Source of the DNA: Bilabrum cf. latius
Taxonomy: Eukaryota
Assembly (NCBI GenBank): GCA_965178125.1
Contig: OZ237752.1
Location: forward strand, 186,001 to 250,000
Direction: 5' to 3'
DNA length: 64,000 bases
Within the stretch, counting starts at the first letter, position 1. Each line of letters begins with the position of its first letter. Made by a program: the position numbers and the translations under genes. The notes beneath the pieces were generated by a model. It had not been told where the DNA came from, did not search any database, and saw only the letters and a program-made list of their open reading frames with translations. Positions 53,006 to 64,000 of the stretch are shown piece by piece.

Positions 53006-54336
53006 CGTCACGTGTATGTCCAACGTGGACACGATGGCCTCGCTCGCGGATCCAGGGGTGGCCAAACCCGGCCACCGGATGATTCCGGGCTCCTTGAACC
53101 CCCCCGACCACACCGAGCCCTTGAAGCCGCGAAGGGGAGCATTGCCGTGCACGTCCCCGGTCTTGGGAGCTCCGTTGTCGCTGGTGAACTGCGCGCAGAA
53201 GATTTTTGTTGGGCGAAACTGGCTTGAAACTCAAACGTTCAAAATGGTTGGAAGCCGCGTCCGCAACGACAAGCGATCTCGTGCACGGTGCTTGGCCTGC
53301 ACCTAGCGGTACAATGCGCACAAACCCACGTTGCCTGGCGAACAATCGAGATACTCACGATAACGATGGTGTCATTGTACGCTCCAGTCTCCTCCACCGC
53401 CCTGAGGATCTGACCGATGGAGTCGTCCACTTCCTGCAGCGCATCACCGATGGGGCCCCGCTTCGAGGTTCCGCACCACCTCGGGGAGCAGCTGTTCGGC
53501 TGATGCACGTGATTGAAGCTCGCATACAGATACCATGGCTCTCCGCTCGCCTGCCCGTTCCGGATGAACTCCACGGACTGGTTCGCGTACGCCTGGTTGA
53601 GGTGGTCCAGGCCGGCTGGCTGCTCGATGACCGTATCGTTCGCGAACAGCGGCAGCGGAGTCGGCTGAAAGTCAGGACTGTGTGACTTTGGCAACCAGAA
53701 CGATGTTCCCATGTCCTGGCTTGCGGGAAGTCCGTAGTACATGTCGAAGCCGCGGCTGAAGGGCATGTATTCGGGCCTTTGGCCCAGGTGCCACTTGCCG
53801 ATCATACCTGTGCGGTACCCAGCTCGCTTCAGCTCCTCCGCCGCGGTTGGCACATCAAGCGGCTATCCACCGATAGCCTCTGCGGAAAGAACATTGTTGC
53901 ATGTGGGCGCACCCGGCGCATCTGGATCGTACTTGCAGGGCTCTGTGCCCACCCCGTTTCGGATCGAGTACCGGGACGACATCATCGAGCTGCGCGACGG
54001 ACTGCATACATGGAAGCTTGAGTACCATGTCCTGAACAGCATGCCTGCGCAGCTTGGCGACGTTGGGAGTAGCGACGGTGCCGTTGTCACCCGTGTATCC
54101 CTCGAAGTGTGCTGGTTTGTCGACCTTGAACTGGTTGATGCCGGCATCGTCGACGAATAGCCTGCGGGATCCGCAATAAATTGGTGCATGTCTACGTGGC
54201 GCATGCCAACAGCGTGGCTATATAGCCAATTCAATGATCCACACAACCACGGATCTCACACGAGGAAATTTGGAGATTTTGCAGCAAGTGCTGCGGCTGT
54301 CGCAGCAGCCAGAACTACAATACGAGTCAAAAACAT
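53006..54336 (-). pseudogene. Arylsulfatase pseudogene (frameshifted and 3'-truncated duplicate)
   Basis: Relative to copy 1 it lacks 5 nt near 54045 (CATGCC-TTCGC-TGCGC versus CATGCC-TGCGC), upstream of the CSPSR motif. Homology stops abruptly after DIHVT at about 53006. Confidence 0.82.
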
Positions 54337-54666
54337 GGGAGAGAATTTCCTCCGACGAGGGGATAGGTTAAGTGGGTGTATTTTTTGTGACAGAAGGGTT
54401 GCGAAGTGCGCCATTCCACTGGCGAAGCACGGTGTGCCACGCAGTGCTCGAAATCTGGCACTGGAGCAGAGAACTGCAATTTCTGGCTGGCCGCCCTTGG
54501 CAAGCCCCCTGGCCAGCACGCCACGCCCAGGCCGCCTTAGCCACTGCAAGCTCGGTCGACGCAAGGTATCGCGAACGAGCATGCAAGCAGTCATGCAAAC
54601 TGCACCTCACCGCAGCACGCACAAACGGTGAAGGGGGCAGCGAGCGCCAAGGCCACACATCACTGT

Positions 54667-56093
54667 TCACGACTTGCTACCGCCAGCAGCCGCAGCGAAG
54701 AACGCGCCCCAACCCGACGCTCCAGATGCACCGCTTTGCGCACCACCTGTCGCAGAAGATGACGCAGCCCCACTGCCAGTGGCAGCACCCGCTGCAGATT
54801 TCGGCCGCCCCGGCGGGGGCAGCCCGCACAGCACCGAGAAGGGCTGCCGCTCGAACCTGGGGTCCCGCAGCATCAGCTTCGCGTCACCCAGCCCGCAGAA
54901 CAGGGCTCCCAGCAGGTCGCACCCCTTGCCCAGCTGCACGTCTAGCACAGTTCCGGTCTGCCGAGAGGCGTAGAGCACCCGGGAGGGTCCCGCCGTGTAG
55001 GCCCGCATGGTCTCAACAATCCCGGCGAGCAGCTGCCGGGTCCTCCCTGTTCCCCAGGGAACAAACATGAGCGGGATGGAGCGCGCACAGGGCCAGCAGC
55101 TCGCGATCCGCTCCCGAAGCCCCGCGCCGGCCGCAGCCCCCGCGTCCACAGCGCCCCCCTCGTCCTCCTGGGAGGCGCTGTTCCCCAGCACAGCGCTCCC
55201 GTCGGGGTGCAGAGGCAGGATCGGCCTCCCGGCGAGGAAGCTCGCCATCCCTGCCGCCAGCACCCTCAGCAGGTCCCGCAGCCTTTCCGGCTCCGAGTCC
55301 GGGGGCAGGTCCGCGCTCCCCGCCGCGGCCCGCATCCACGCCCCGCCCAGATGCTCGGCGGCCCAGTCCTCGCAGAGGGCCAGCAGCCTGGGAACGGGGA
55401 TGCTGCAGTGCTCGTGCTCTTCCTGCGATGCCTTGCTTGCATCTGCATCTGCAAGGACATCGTGATGATCGGCGTCGTTTCCGCCGTCTTGAGTCCGAAC
55501 AATCGCGGCGAATGCCCGGATCTGAGAGGCGCACGCCCGTGAGACCACCCGGCTCGTGGAGAGGAGCGGCGCGGGCACTGTGGCGTCGCCCCGGATGGTG
55601 CCATTCAGCCTGAGCCTGCGGAGCCACGCCAGCGCCTGCTCAACACTCGTCACACCTCCATCGATCGTCGTCACACCGTCAGGGGGCGGCAGTCCCATGG
55701 CAAGCCGCACGATGCGCGCGAGCGCCTCGGTGCCCCCTGCAGTGAGCCTGCCGCCGCACGAAGCCTCCAGCTCCTCTAGAGCCGGGTGGGAATGATCCGA
55801 TCCTTGATCCGGTCCTTGATCCGATCCTCCCACCCCCTCGAGCTCCATCAGCCCCGCGAGACAGACGTCTCCGTGGATGCACGCTCTCACGTCTGCCAGC
55901 TGGACCAGCTCCACCTAATCCAACTCATCCACCGGTGATGACGGTGATGACGATGGTGATGGTGATGCAGCACCTGGCGCAGCAGCCTCTGGCTCGGCGT
56001 GCCCCGCGCTGCCTCTAGCTGACACCCCTTCGGCCGTCTCATCCACGCCTCTGACGCTGCCGCTCTCCTCTCGGACACCCGCATCCAGGGGAT

Positions 56094-56133
<40 letters not shown>

Positions 56134-57763
56134 GTGCCCCCTTCGACGGAGGCACGAACCGCCACTGACATTGCCCTCGCCCTCGTTCCTTGCTGTCGCG
56201 GCGCTATCAATCGGCTCGAGGGGAACAACGACCGTCCTACGGCTACGACTGGTTCCAACGCCAACGCCACCCTCACCCCCACGCTTGCCCTCATCCTCAT
56301 CCTCATCCTCATCCTCACCCTCATCCTCGCCTGCATCGCCACCAGCACCAATCGAGTCCGCCCTGACGCCCGCCAGCAGCGCCGCCCTCAGTCGAGCCAC
56401 ACCAGGCAGCACCGGCGTGTTCCCGTCCTGCTGCACCTCCCGTTCCTCGTCCTCGCGCGCGCCTATGCCCCCAGCCCCCGCTCCATCTTCATCTTCATCT
56501 CCTGCGATGGGCACCAGCCCCTCCAGCCCTCCCCTGCCTCCCAATCGGATCACCATGTGACTCAGGATGGACCCCCGGGGCCGCTGGCCCTCATCGAGGG
56601 GGGGCTGGGGCACTGGCACCGCTGTGCCACCGTACGACGCCGCGCGCACCTCGAAGCTCGGCGCCGCGCACTCAGCGGAACCTCCTCCGCGCTTGGAGTC
56701 GTGCTGCGCCTCGTCGTGCTGCAGCTGGCTGGTGACCAGCATGAGCTTGCCCAGCAGGGACGCTGCCTTGAGCACCTTGACTTGGGACTGGGCCTGCCTC
56801 CGGGCGAATGTCATCGGGGTGGAGCTGCCATCTGGGGCGGTGTGGGCGGCACCCGCCGAGGCGGAGGCGGCTGTTGCCAGGGAGCCGCTGTCTGCGGTTG
56901 CAACCGGATCGTGAGGCGGTGGCAGGCACAGGTAGAAGACCGAGTCGATGTCTTTACCCAGCGGCCGCTTCATGCGCGCGATGGGGTGGGCTCGCCGGCC
57001 TGCAGGGGGGGGCACGTCGGGCGGGGACTGACGCGCCCAGCCGCGGCCGATCCCGTCGGGGCGAAGTGCCATTGCCTCAGCAGCTTGCATCGCTAGCTCT
57101 CCTCGGGATCTATTTTTCGTCTGCAAGATCCTGAGGCGGAGGGCACCCCTGTCGGTCGAGGGGTCCGGGAGCAGCCGGGCGAGCTCCTGCTGCTCGACTC
57201 TTTCGTGGTCCAGACGGCCGTGCAGCGCGAGCTGGACGGATGGAACAGGGGTCTAGGTATCATTTTGTCTTGCTGTGCCCCGGATACCACTCCCCTCTCC
57301 CCCGAGTTTGCCAGTGTATGAGACTTTCAACCCGACGCCGTTCAGGTCGACGTTCTCCAGGGGCATGCTGTCGATATCCACTTGCGCCACAGCTATGAGA
57401 TCGGATACACTCCTCAAGTCCATGCATTCCAAACTGCTCGCGGACACGGCGAGGCGTTTTAGCCGCCCGAGCAGCATTCCGTCCCCACTCGCCTCAACCT
57501 GTTCCAGAACCAATGCAAAGGGAAGAACAGTAGCTTTTGCGCGGCCTATTTTTATATGGATACCTGTATGGGATAGAAGAGAATGTATCACACTCGTTTC
57601 CTCGTTTAGGCAGCTGGTAGCGACGCGTTCTTGCACAAAAACTTTGCGGCATCTTACCAAACATGGTCGCCAACGCAGTGAGAAGCTTCCCAAAGAGTGA
57701 TTCTCCGATTATTGTCGACACAATTGATAATAACCATAAACATATGTACACTAGCACCAGCAT
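54667..57763 (-). CDS. Hypothetical protein, copy B (+1 frameshift in a T-run near 57550 in the putative 5' part)
   Basis: ORFs 54667-55914, 55915-57126 and 57253-57693 join via TAG 55915 (GAG in copy A) and TAG 57253 (shared with copy A). Ends at TGA. Confidence 0.55.
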
Positions 57764-58544
57764 CTCGTCCGGTGCTGCGAACTTCTGTGACCCCACATGC
57801 CAGTGGTTGAAATTCCGGTTCGCAGTCGCATCTGCCACCTCTGGAATTAAATCGTTTTAGAAAGCGTGGTCGAAAGCTGAGGAACAACAATATTGCCTAT
57901 AACTACTGACTTGGTACTCATTGGATACACATGCGAAATTACGCCAGCAACACCCGCCCGCCGGCGTTGAATCGTTAACGCAAATGTGCTTTGTGTTGTT
58001 TTGTGCATCAAGCAGAGATTTGGATTATTAATATTTCAGTATACTAGGAGCCGGCCTAATGGGACCTATCGTCAAGAGTTCAGGAGCGATAATATATAGT
58101 ACGGAACTCATTCGACAACGTGGCAATATCCCCGCTAAGGCCAACAATTGCAACATTGTGATCATGTCCGTACGGCACCTGCCTAGGTTGGGGCTGTCAC
58201 ATAGGCGATGCGTGGGCTCATCGAATTCCCGGCCTGCACCTGAGAAGCAAAAAACAGCAGTCCAGCAACTGGCAACTGCAGTCGAGCCAGCGATCGAAAT
58301 CGATGTTCGTGACAGTAAAGGGATTATAGTGATCTTGCAAATGACCGTCTCTGTATCTGAAGCGCGTGACGGGCCACAAACATGCCTCCAATGTTGTTGG
58401 TTCGGTTCCGCTCATGCGGCGCGTGCGCATGCGCACCGTAGGCTGTTGGCCTGTTGCCAGTGGTGGAAAAAGCACTACCAGCAGTCTCCAGTCGTTTCAG
58501 GGCCCCACCATCGCATGCAGTCCCCTAGAGAGGAATCTGTCGCG

Positions 58545-59770
58545 ATGAAGCCCCTTCTAAGTATCTTCTTGGCGTTGATTGGATCGGTATGCTGCTGCAC
58601 TGTTGCGATGTGGCTGTAGCTCGATTCACCGATCAGTGCGACCAGTGCAGCGCATATGGCGCCCCGAAAGCTTCATAGGAAAGTATTTCCGTTCATGCAG
58701 GTCCTTGATCAGAGGCTTGGCAGTGAACGAGCGACAAGAGAGTCTCGTACGCAGGTCGAAGAGGCAGCAGGCATAGCGTCTGACCTAGATATCATGAACG
58801 CTCTGTTTAAGATCATTGGGAGAGATGCAGCCGTGAACGCCGTTGGTGTCATGGATCTGCGTGATGTCCGTGCTGTTCTTGCTGGCACACCGTCCCCTTT
58901 CATCGTCGAGGTGGGAGCTGCCCTTGGCGAGGGTACCGCTGTGTACTCCCTTCTACTGATCGAGTAATTGCGTACGAAGCTGGGCCAAAAACTGCGAGGA
59001 AATTGTCGTCAACGATTGATGATTTGCGGCAGCTGATGGCCCAGCGAGGCGTGGCAATCGCAAACGTGACAGTGATTGACAAGGCTGTCAGCGACCGCGC
59101 CGGCATCATGGACCTCCATCTCGTGTGGGGAGACTCCGACGCTGCAAAACTGACTGTCAATGGTGTGGTGAGTGCAGTTGACGATGAAAGCAGCACTCTC
59201 GGTCGCGTAGAGAGCCTTCAGGACTCGCTGGTGCCCCAGCCGTGGGCGGACGGCCTGAAGGCCGAGGGCCGGCGGGGGGCCACCACAGTGCCCGTGGAGG
59301 TGGTGCGGCTGGACGACCAGATCGACGAGCACGTGGATTTTTTGGAGATCGACGTGCAGGGAGCGGACTTTGCGGTGCTCCGGGGGGCTCGGCGGCTGAT
59401 CGAGGAGCACGGGGTCGGGGTGATCCGAGTGGAGTTCACGCCGTCGATGCTGCGGGACGCGGGCGATGACCCGGTCGAAATGCTGCACTGGCTGTACGAC
59501 CGAGGGTACGTCTGCTTCGACACACCGGCCGTCGGAGATGGGATCTGGAAAGGGACAATGTGGCAGGCTGCCCGGCAGTTCGTGGCTCAGCCGGGGGGGG
59601 AATGGGGCGGGGAGGGCAGGCCTGGGACCGGGGAGCGGCGACTAGGGGGCGGGCTGATCAGGGGACCAGTGCTGTTCGAGGACTTCGTGAAGGCGCTGGA
59701 CAAGACCATGCTGGAGTTTTCCGGGCAGAAGATCCAGATGTACACGGACCTGCTGTGCTTTCAGAGCTAA
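58545..59770 (+). CDS. FkbM-family SAM-dependent methyltransferase with an N-terminal signal/anchor; apparent 1-nt frameshift near 58945-58965
   Basis: Hydrophobic MKPLLSIFLALIGSV... is linked through TAG 58617. IVEVGAALG lies in one frame; RVIAYEAG, KAVSD, VEVVRLDD, VDFLEIDVQGADFAVLRGA and IRVEF lie in another. Ends at TAA 59768. Confidence 0.8.
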
Positions 59771-59799
59771 GATCAAGCGCTCTGAGCCACGTCCGCCAC

Positions 59800-59915
59800 G
59801 TAGGGAGAAGCTTCGCAAAGAGCCATCCACCGACGATCCGATTTGGATGGTCGACACAAGTGATGATAACCACAAACAAATACACACTAGCGCCAGCATC
59901 TCTTCGTTGCACGCA
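59800..59915. repeat. Third, diverged copy of a ~110-bp element also found at ~52260-52366 and ~57677-57770
   Basis: All three copies share GAGAAGCTTC...TCCGAT...GTCGACACAA.TGAT.ATAAC.A.AAACA...ACACTAGC.CCAGCATCTC. Confidence 0.75.
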
Positions 59916-60480
59916 GTGTGGGTCCGGGTAATTTGAATCCAATCCCTGGATTATTTTGGGTTCCAATGGATAGTCTAGGTTCTCTTTGCATTGTTTGGCA
60001 GCGTTCAATTTTATACTTGGCCTACCCCGGAACAGCTTTTGCGCCCTAGGCTTGGTCGTGCTTTATCCATATTGAGGGCTCCGTAGTACAGTCAATTGTC
60101 CAGATGTGGTGGACAAAGACGTTTCTCGGAAATACTTCGGATTGCCCAAGATACTACCACCCAACCCAAAATGATTATAAATGTATGTGTACTGATTATA
60201 TTGGAACTACTGTGAGTTTGCCGTTTGTCTTGGGCCTTTGCTGCGCAGTTTAGCTAGTGACATGTTTATATCATGGATTTAATTGCTTCAAACCCCTTAC
60301 TACCCACCCAAAAAACGGATCCGGGTCTCGCGTCCTGGAATTAAGGTATTGATCTTAACCTTGATATCGCGCGACCCTGGGCCTGGACCTCAGCTGCTCG
60401 ACTATGTCCGGCCGCCGGTCCGCCGTAAGGTGCCTCGCCGGGGTACTGCTTTCTAGATGCTTCGATCGAGTCCAAGGCCA

Positions 60481-63400
60481 TCAAGTCTACTCAGCTGCGC
60501 CCTGTGTCGCGGGAATGCTACTCGGCGTCCGCTCCCATGCAGCACCACCCGAGCCACCTTCAACATCACCCTCCTGACCAGTGAGGCCGCTCTGCTTTGG
60601 ACTACCTCCCATGCCAACATCGACGGATACACAAGTAGGACCGCTCGTGCCTCTTCTGCCTGCACCCGCACCAGAAGGCCCCGACCTGGCCAGCTTCGCT
60701 CGCCGCCGCTTCTCCATGCTCTCGGAATTCTTCTGCACACGCTCCTGCCGGTCCTGCCTGCATCCACACATGCCAAATACCCTTGCGGCTACCTCCTACA
60801 CTCGCCTAAGCAGGTTGCCTCGAATGACGTAGATGCCCCACATCATTACGGCGAGGTTCGCCACAAACACGACTGCTGTTGCCACCGTGATGGTCGCTGC
60901 CCCCGAGTTGGGGTCGTGCAGGAAGAGGCCGGCCTCGAAGGTCAGGAAGGCGCCCACCAGTGCCACCAGCTCCAGCGTGTTGAGCTCCGGAGCCACATAC
61001 GGCCGACTGAGGGAATGCACCACGCTGGCCGCGAAGATGACGGCCAGCGCCGAGTACGTCTGCACGCGCACCCCCCACGGCTCCGCCAGCACCGTGATGG
61101 CCACCACGGCCAGCTTCCTCAGCATGATTACCACCTCCCAGTAGTAAGCATTGTGGCGGAATCCCGCCATCAGGAAGCCCAGAGTGGCCAGCACGCCCGG
61201 AGTCGCAAGCTACTCGCGGACCTGCCACAGCCTCACAGCGGCCGCCAGCGGGATGCCCACGGCCAGCAGCAGGATGGCAGGAATGCCTACTCCGAACATG
61301 AGCCCCATGGCCGCGGGGTTGTAGCAGCACACGTCCATGTCCAGCACGAGCCGCCTACCCTCCGTGCCCGCCGGACACTCATCCGACCCGCTGGGACTCA
61401 GCTGGCGGCCAGACCTATCCTCGGCTGCATCCAGCTGGTCCTCGGCTGCCAGATCCAGGTCAGGCTCGATGTCGGTGCAGGTCAACAGCCCGAAGGAGGC
61501 CTCTGTCAGCGTCAGGTGCACCAGGAACCCAACGACGATCAGACCGGAGAGGATGCGCATCCCGAGGCCGAGCCGCATGACCGACAGCGGCACACCCACG
61601 GCCTGCAGGATGCTGCCGGTGCGAGAGCTGCCTGCAAGACAGAACGTCTCGAGCTCCGTCTGCTCCGGTAGCGCACTGCCATCAGCACGTGTACCCACAC
61701 CATCGACTCCAGCCGCTTCGCTGAGAGGAGGTTTGCTGACCATAGACAGGAACAGGCTCTACCGCCGGCGATGGCCTTGTTTTGGCTCGTCAGTGACGGG
61801 TACGGAGGCAGCGGCCTTGGCAGTGCTCTGGTCGTGAGTCGGCTGCTGCGAGCCGGCAGCGCGTTGCTCTTCCGCATGCACTGCATCCCGTACGAGCCTC
61901 CCTGGCTTCTACTACTTTCCTCTAGCCTGACCCTGCCCTTCTCGCACATCCGCCTGCGCTTCCCCTCCTCCCTTCTGCTCGCCACTCCCCTCGCCCGGAT
62001 GCTCTGATTCGTACAGACAGCCATCGATCGCATCCACCAGCAGCCAGAAGAGGGTCAGGCCCAGAGCAATCACCAACGGACTGAGCAGCACGATCGTCGT
62101 CCGCAGGAAGTACGCAGACCCATGAGGCATCAGCGACGCCAGACCCGAGGACGCGCCCCCAACACCCAGCGTCACGGCCTCATGAACGCCAAGCGAGTCG
62201 GCCAGCAGCTGCTCGTCCGTCTCCTGCGCGTGCGGCCAGTCCAGCGGCGTAGCAGTGGCGTTGTTGTCCCCGGATGCCGCCGCCCGCGCCGCGATCACTC
62301 CCCATTCCGCTGCTCCCGCGTCGTCCACCGATACGTTGGCTGCCTGCGCCAGGGCCTCTGCGTCGTCTGTGGCCTGCTGCAGCATGCAGTCAAGGCTGAG
62401 CACGTCCGAGCTGACGCTGGAGACAGCTGACATGCTGTTGAAGAGACGGATCGCGGTGTCGGGCCACTTGAGCTTGAAGGATGCCGCGATTGCCACCACC
62501 TGAATGTGTGAGAAGAGGATCTTGATGGCCGATACGGTCAGGTCCCGGCGCTCCTTAAGAGTGCCATCTCGTGCATCTGATGGGAGCGAGGCTTCGTCGT
62601 CTGCGGAGGATGCATTTCCAGATGCCGCCGGTACAGCTGTATGCACTCTGCCAGACCTGCCATGCATCATGGGGTTGTCCATGATCATGCGTGGACCATC
62701 GCTAGCTCCCGACTCGGATGAAGCGCGAGTCATGCTCGTTGGGCGATCGCCATCGGATCCGGGTTTGATCCGTCCAGCACCCCCTACCCCTAGCTGTGCC
62801 GCCAGCTTTTCTGCTGCCTGCGCTCCTTGCCTCAGCGCATTGAGCACAAGGCCGATGGACACAAGCACCATTGTTGTCGTCACCAGCACAGCGATCGTAA
62901 ACACGGCCAGTCCACCCCGGCACTGCCTGCACTCGTACTGCCCCCATGGCGTGTACCCCGGCTGGCACCGCGCGCACAGCAGCCCCGTGTATCCCTCCTC
63001 GCAGCGCTCGCCCACCCACAGGGGGGCTCCTGCGTCGGTCAGCTCACTGATGCTGGCTCCCTGCGCCGCCGATGTGTTCGATGCTGACTTGCGTATTGCA
63101 CGAGCCCGCTGCAGCGACATTGCCTGTGGCGGAACAATGCCTTCGTACAGTGACTGCAGCGACACATCAGACCACTGTGCCTACTGGCTTGACTGGAGTC
63201 GTCGCTGCGCGGTCGATCCGGAGGAGGGCACGAGGGCATCTGGCGCCCCCTCCTCGGGAGACCCACCAGCCTCAGCCGCATCCAATCTCGCTAGAGACAG
63301 GCACGACTCAGGACGAAGGCACCGCGAGAATGCCGCGCGACCAGGCACCCACGGCAGTCGCTGGTACCCCGCCCGTGCCGCCACCGTGAACGTGGAGCCC

Positions 63401-64000
63401 CCATCGCACAGCGAGGCCTCTAGGTCGCAGGGACGGCACACCCACTCGGCCATCGGCAGATGAGTCGTGAGGAACTCCGACGGCGAGCATGACGAAGGGA
63501 TGCCGGGCGTCCACGCCGAGTACGGACTGGATCCGGCGGCGCTGCGGGCCCGCACCCGCACACTCAATGGTCGCGCATCGATTGCCGTGACTACGGCCTA
63601 CATGACAGCAACCCCGCCGGAGGAGCTCCACTGCGCAGTCAGCTCTTCTAGGTCCACATCGAATGCAGTGGATTCGGTTGAGGCCGTGGAGACACTCGTG
63701 TTGGTCCCATCGCCGTCTATTGCCACCTCCGAAATCGACCTCATGTCAATCTAGAAGCCGTCCAGCGGCTCCAGGCCAAGGTCGTTCACCGAGACCGCGG
63801 CAGGGTCGGGGAATGCCCAGCGGACCGTGATGCGGTCATTGCGCTCTCGCCATGCCTGCACATGCTGCGGGAGGTCCGGCCAGGGACTTCCTGTGACACC
63901 GTACGTGAAACGTGGAGCACTCGTCTCGTCGCTGGAGAGCCCGCCGCTCTGATGCACCACCACGGGGAGATCATCGAGGCTCCCGCCCGACAGCGATGGC
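60481..64000 (-). CDS. 3' part of a large cell-surface protein: fibronectin type III domain, Cys-rich segments and a multi-TM C-terminal domain (5' end outside the window)
   Basis: FN3-like ITVRW...VRVRARSAAGSSPYS, CEEGYTGLLCARCQPGY, KILFSHIQV...LKWP and LGFLMAGF...YYWEVVIMLRK...RPY...LNTLE. One frame with 9 TAGs (63751, 63598, 63181, 61912, 61909, 61759, 61210, 60796, 60487), ending at TGA 60481. Confidence 0.82.

Larger units (their letters stand above)
53006..57770. repeat. Tandem segmental duplication, unit B
   Basis: Colinear copy of 47441-52355. Confidence 0.92.

Noticed and set aside
55915-55917. Nonsense mutation inactivating copy B of the hypothetical gene (GAG to TAG)
   Set aside because: Under the inferred code this is a conservative Glu-to-Gln change, not a stop.
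47441-57770. Transposon or LTR element underlying the long direct repeat
   Set aside because: The repeated units contain host genes, and no transposase, reverse transcriptase, integrase, terminal inverted repeats or target-site duplication were seen.
59900-60450. tRNA (e.g. a CUA-anticodon tRNA-Gln) or other ncRNA in the AT-rich gap
   Set aside because: I could not find a cloverleaf, T-loop consensus or other RNA-family signature by eye here or elsewhere in the window; a tRNAscan-SE/Rfam run is needed.

Overview
This is gene-dense, GC-rich eukaryotic (protist-like) nuclear DNA with about 19 genes and few, short GT-AG introns. The dominant signal is a non-standard nuclear genetic code. About 65 in-frame TAG codons interrupt 17 otherwise intact reading frames on both strands, including inside conserved domains of SUV3, an FBXO21-like protein, DDB2, PRA1, a GH5 mannanase and sulfatases. 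Every inferred true gene end is TGA (16) or TAA (2), and I saw no internal TAA in any intact frame. TAG sits in poly-Gln tracts, replaces CAG in a tandem repeat and aligns with CAG in a paralogue. The best reading is UAG=Gln with UAA/UGA still stop, a rare decoupling of UAG from UAA. Read this way, the fragmented ORF track collapses into complete genes: NPEPL1-like aminopeptidase, saposin-like protein, FBXO21-like, PRA1, SUV3, a 2944-aa EF-hand/CBS protein, DGAT2, a multi-pass membrane protein, two GNS-like sulfatases, DDB2, a GH5 mannanase, an arylsulfatase plus its pseudogenised copy in a ~5.5 kb tandem duplication, an FkbM methyltransferase and an FN3/multi-TM protein. Two short DNA words (TGTGACGAGTG and GGGAACA) are strongly over-represented inside coding sequence regardless of frame and strand. 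All calls come from manual translation and motif recognition; no database searches were run.
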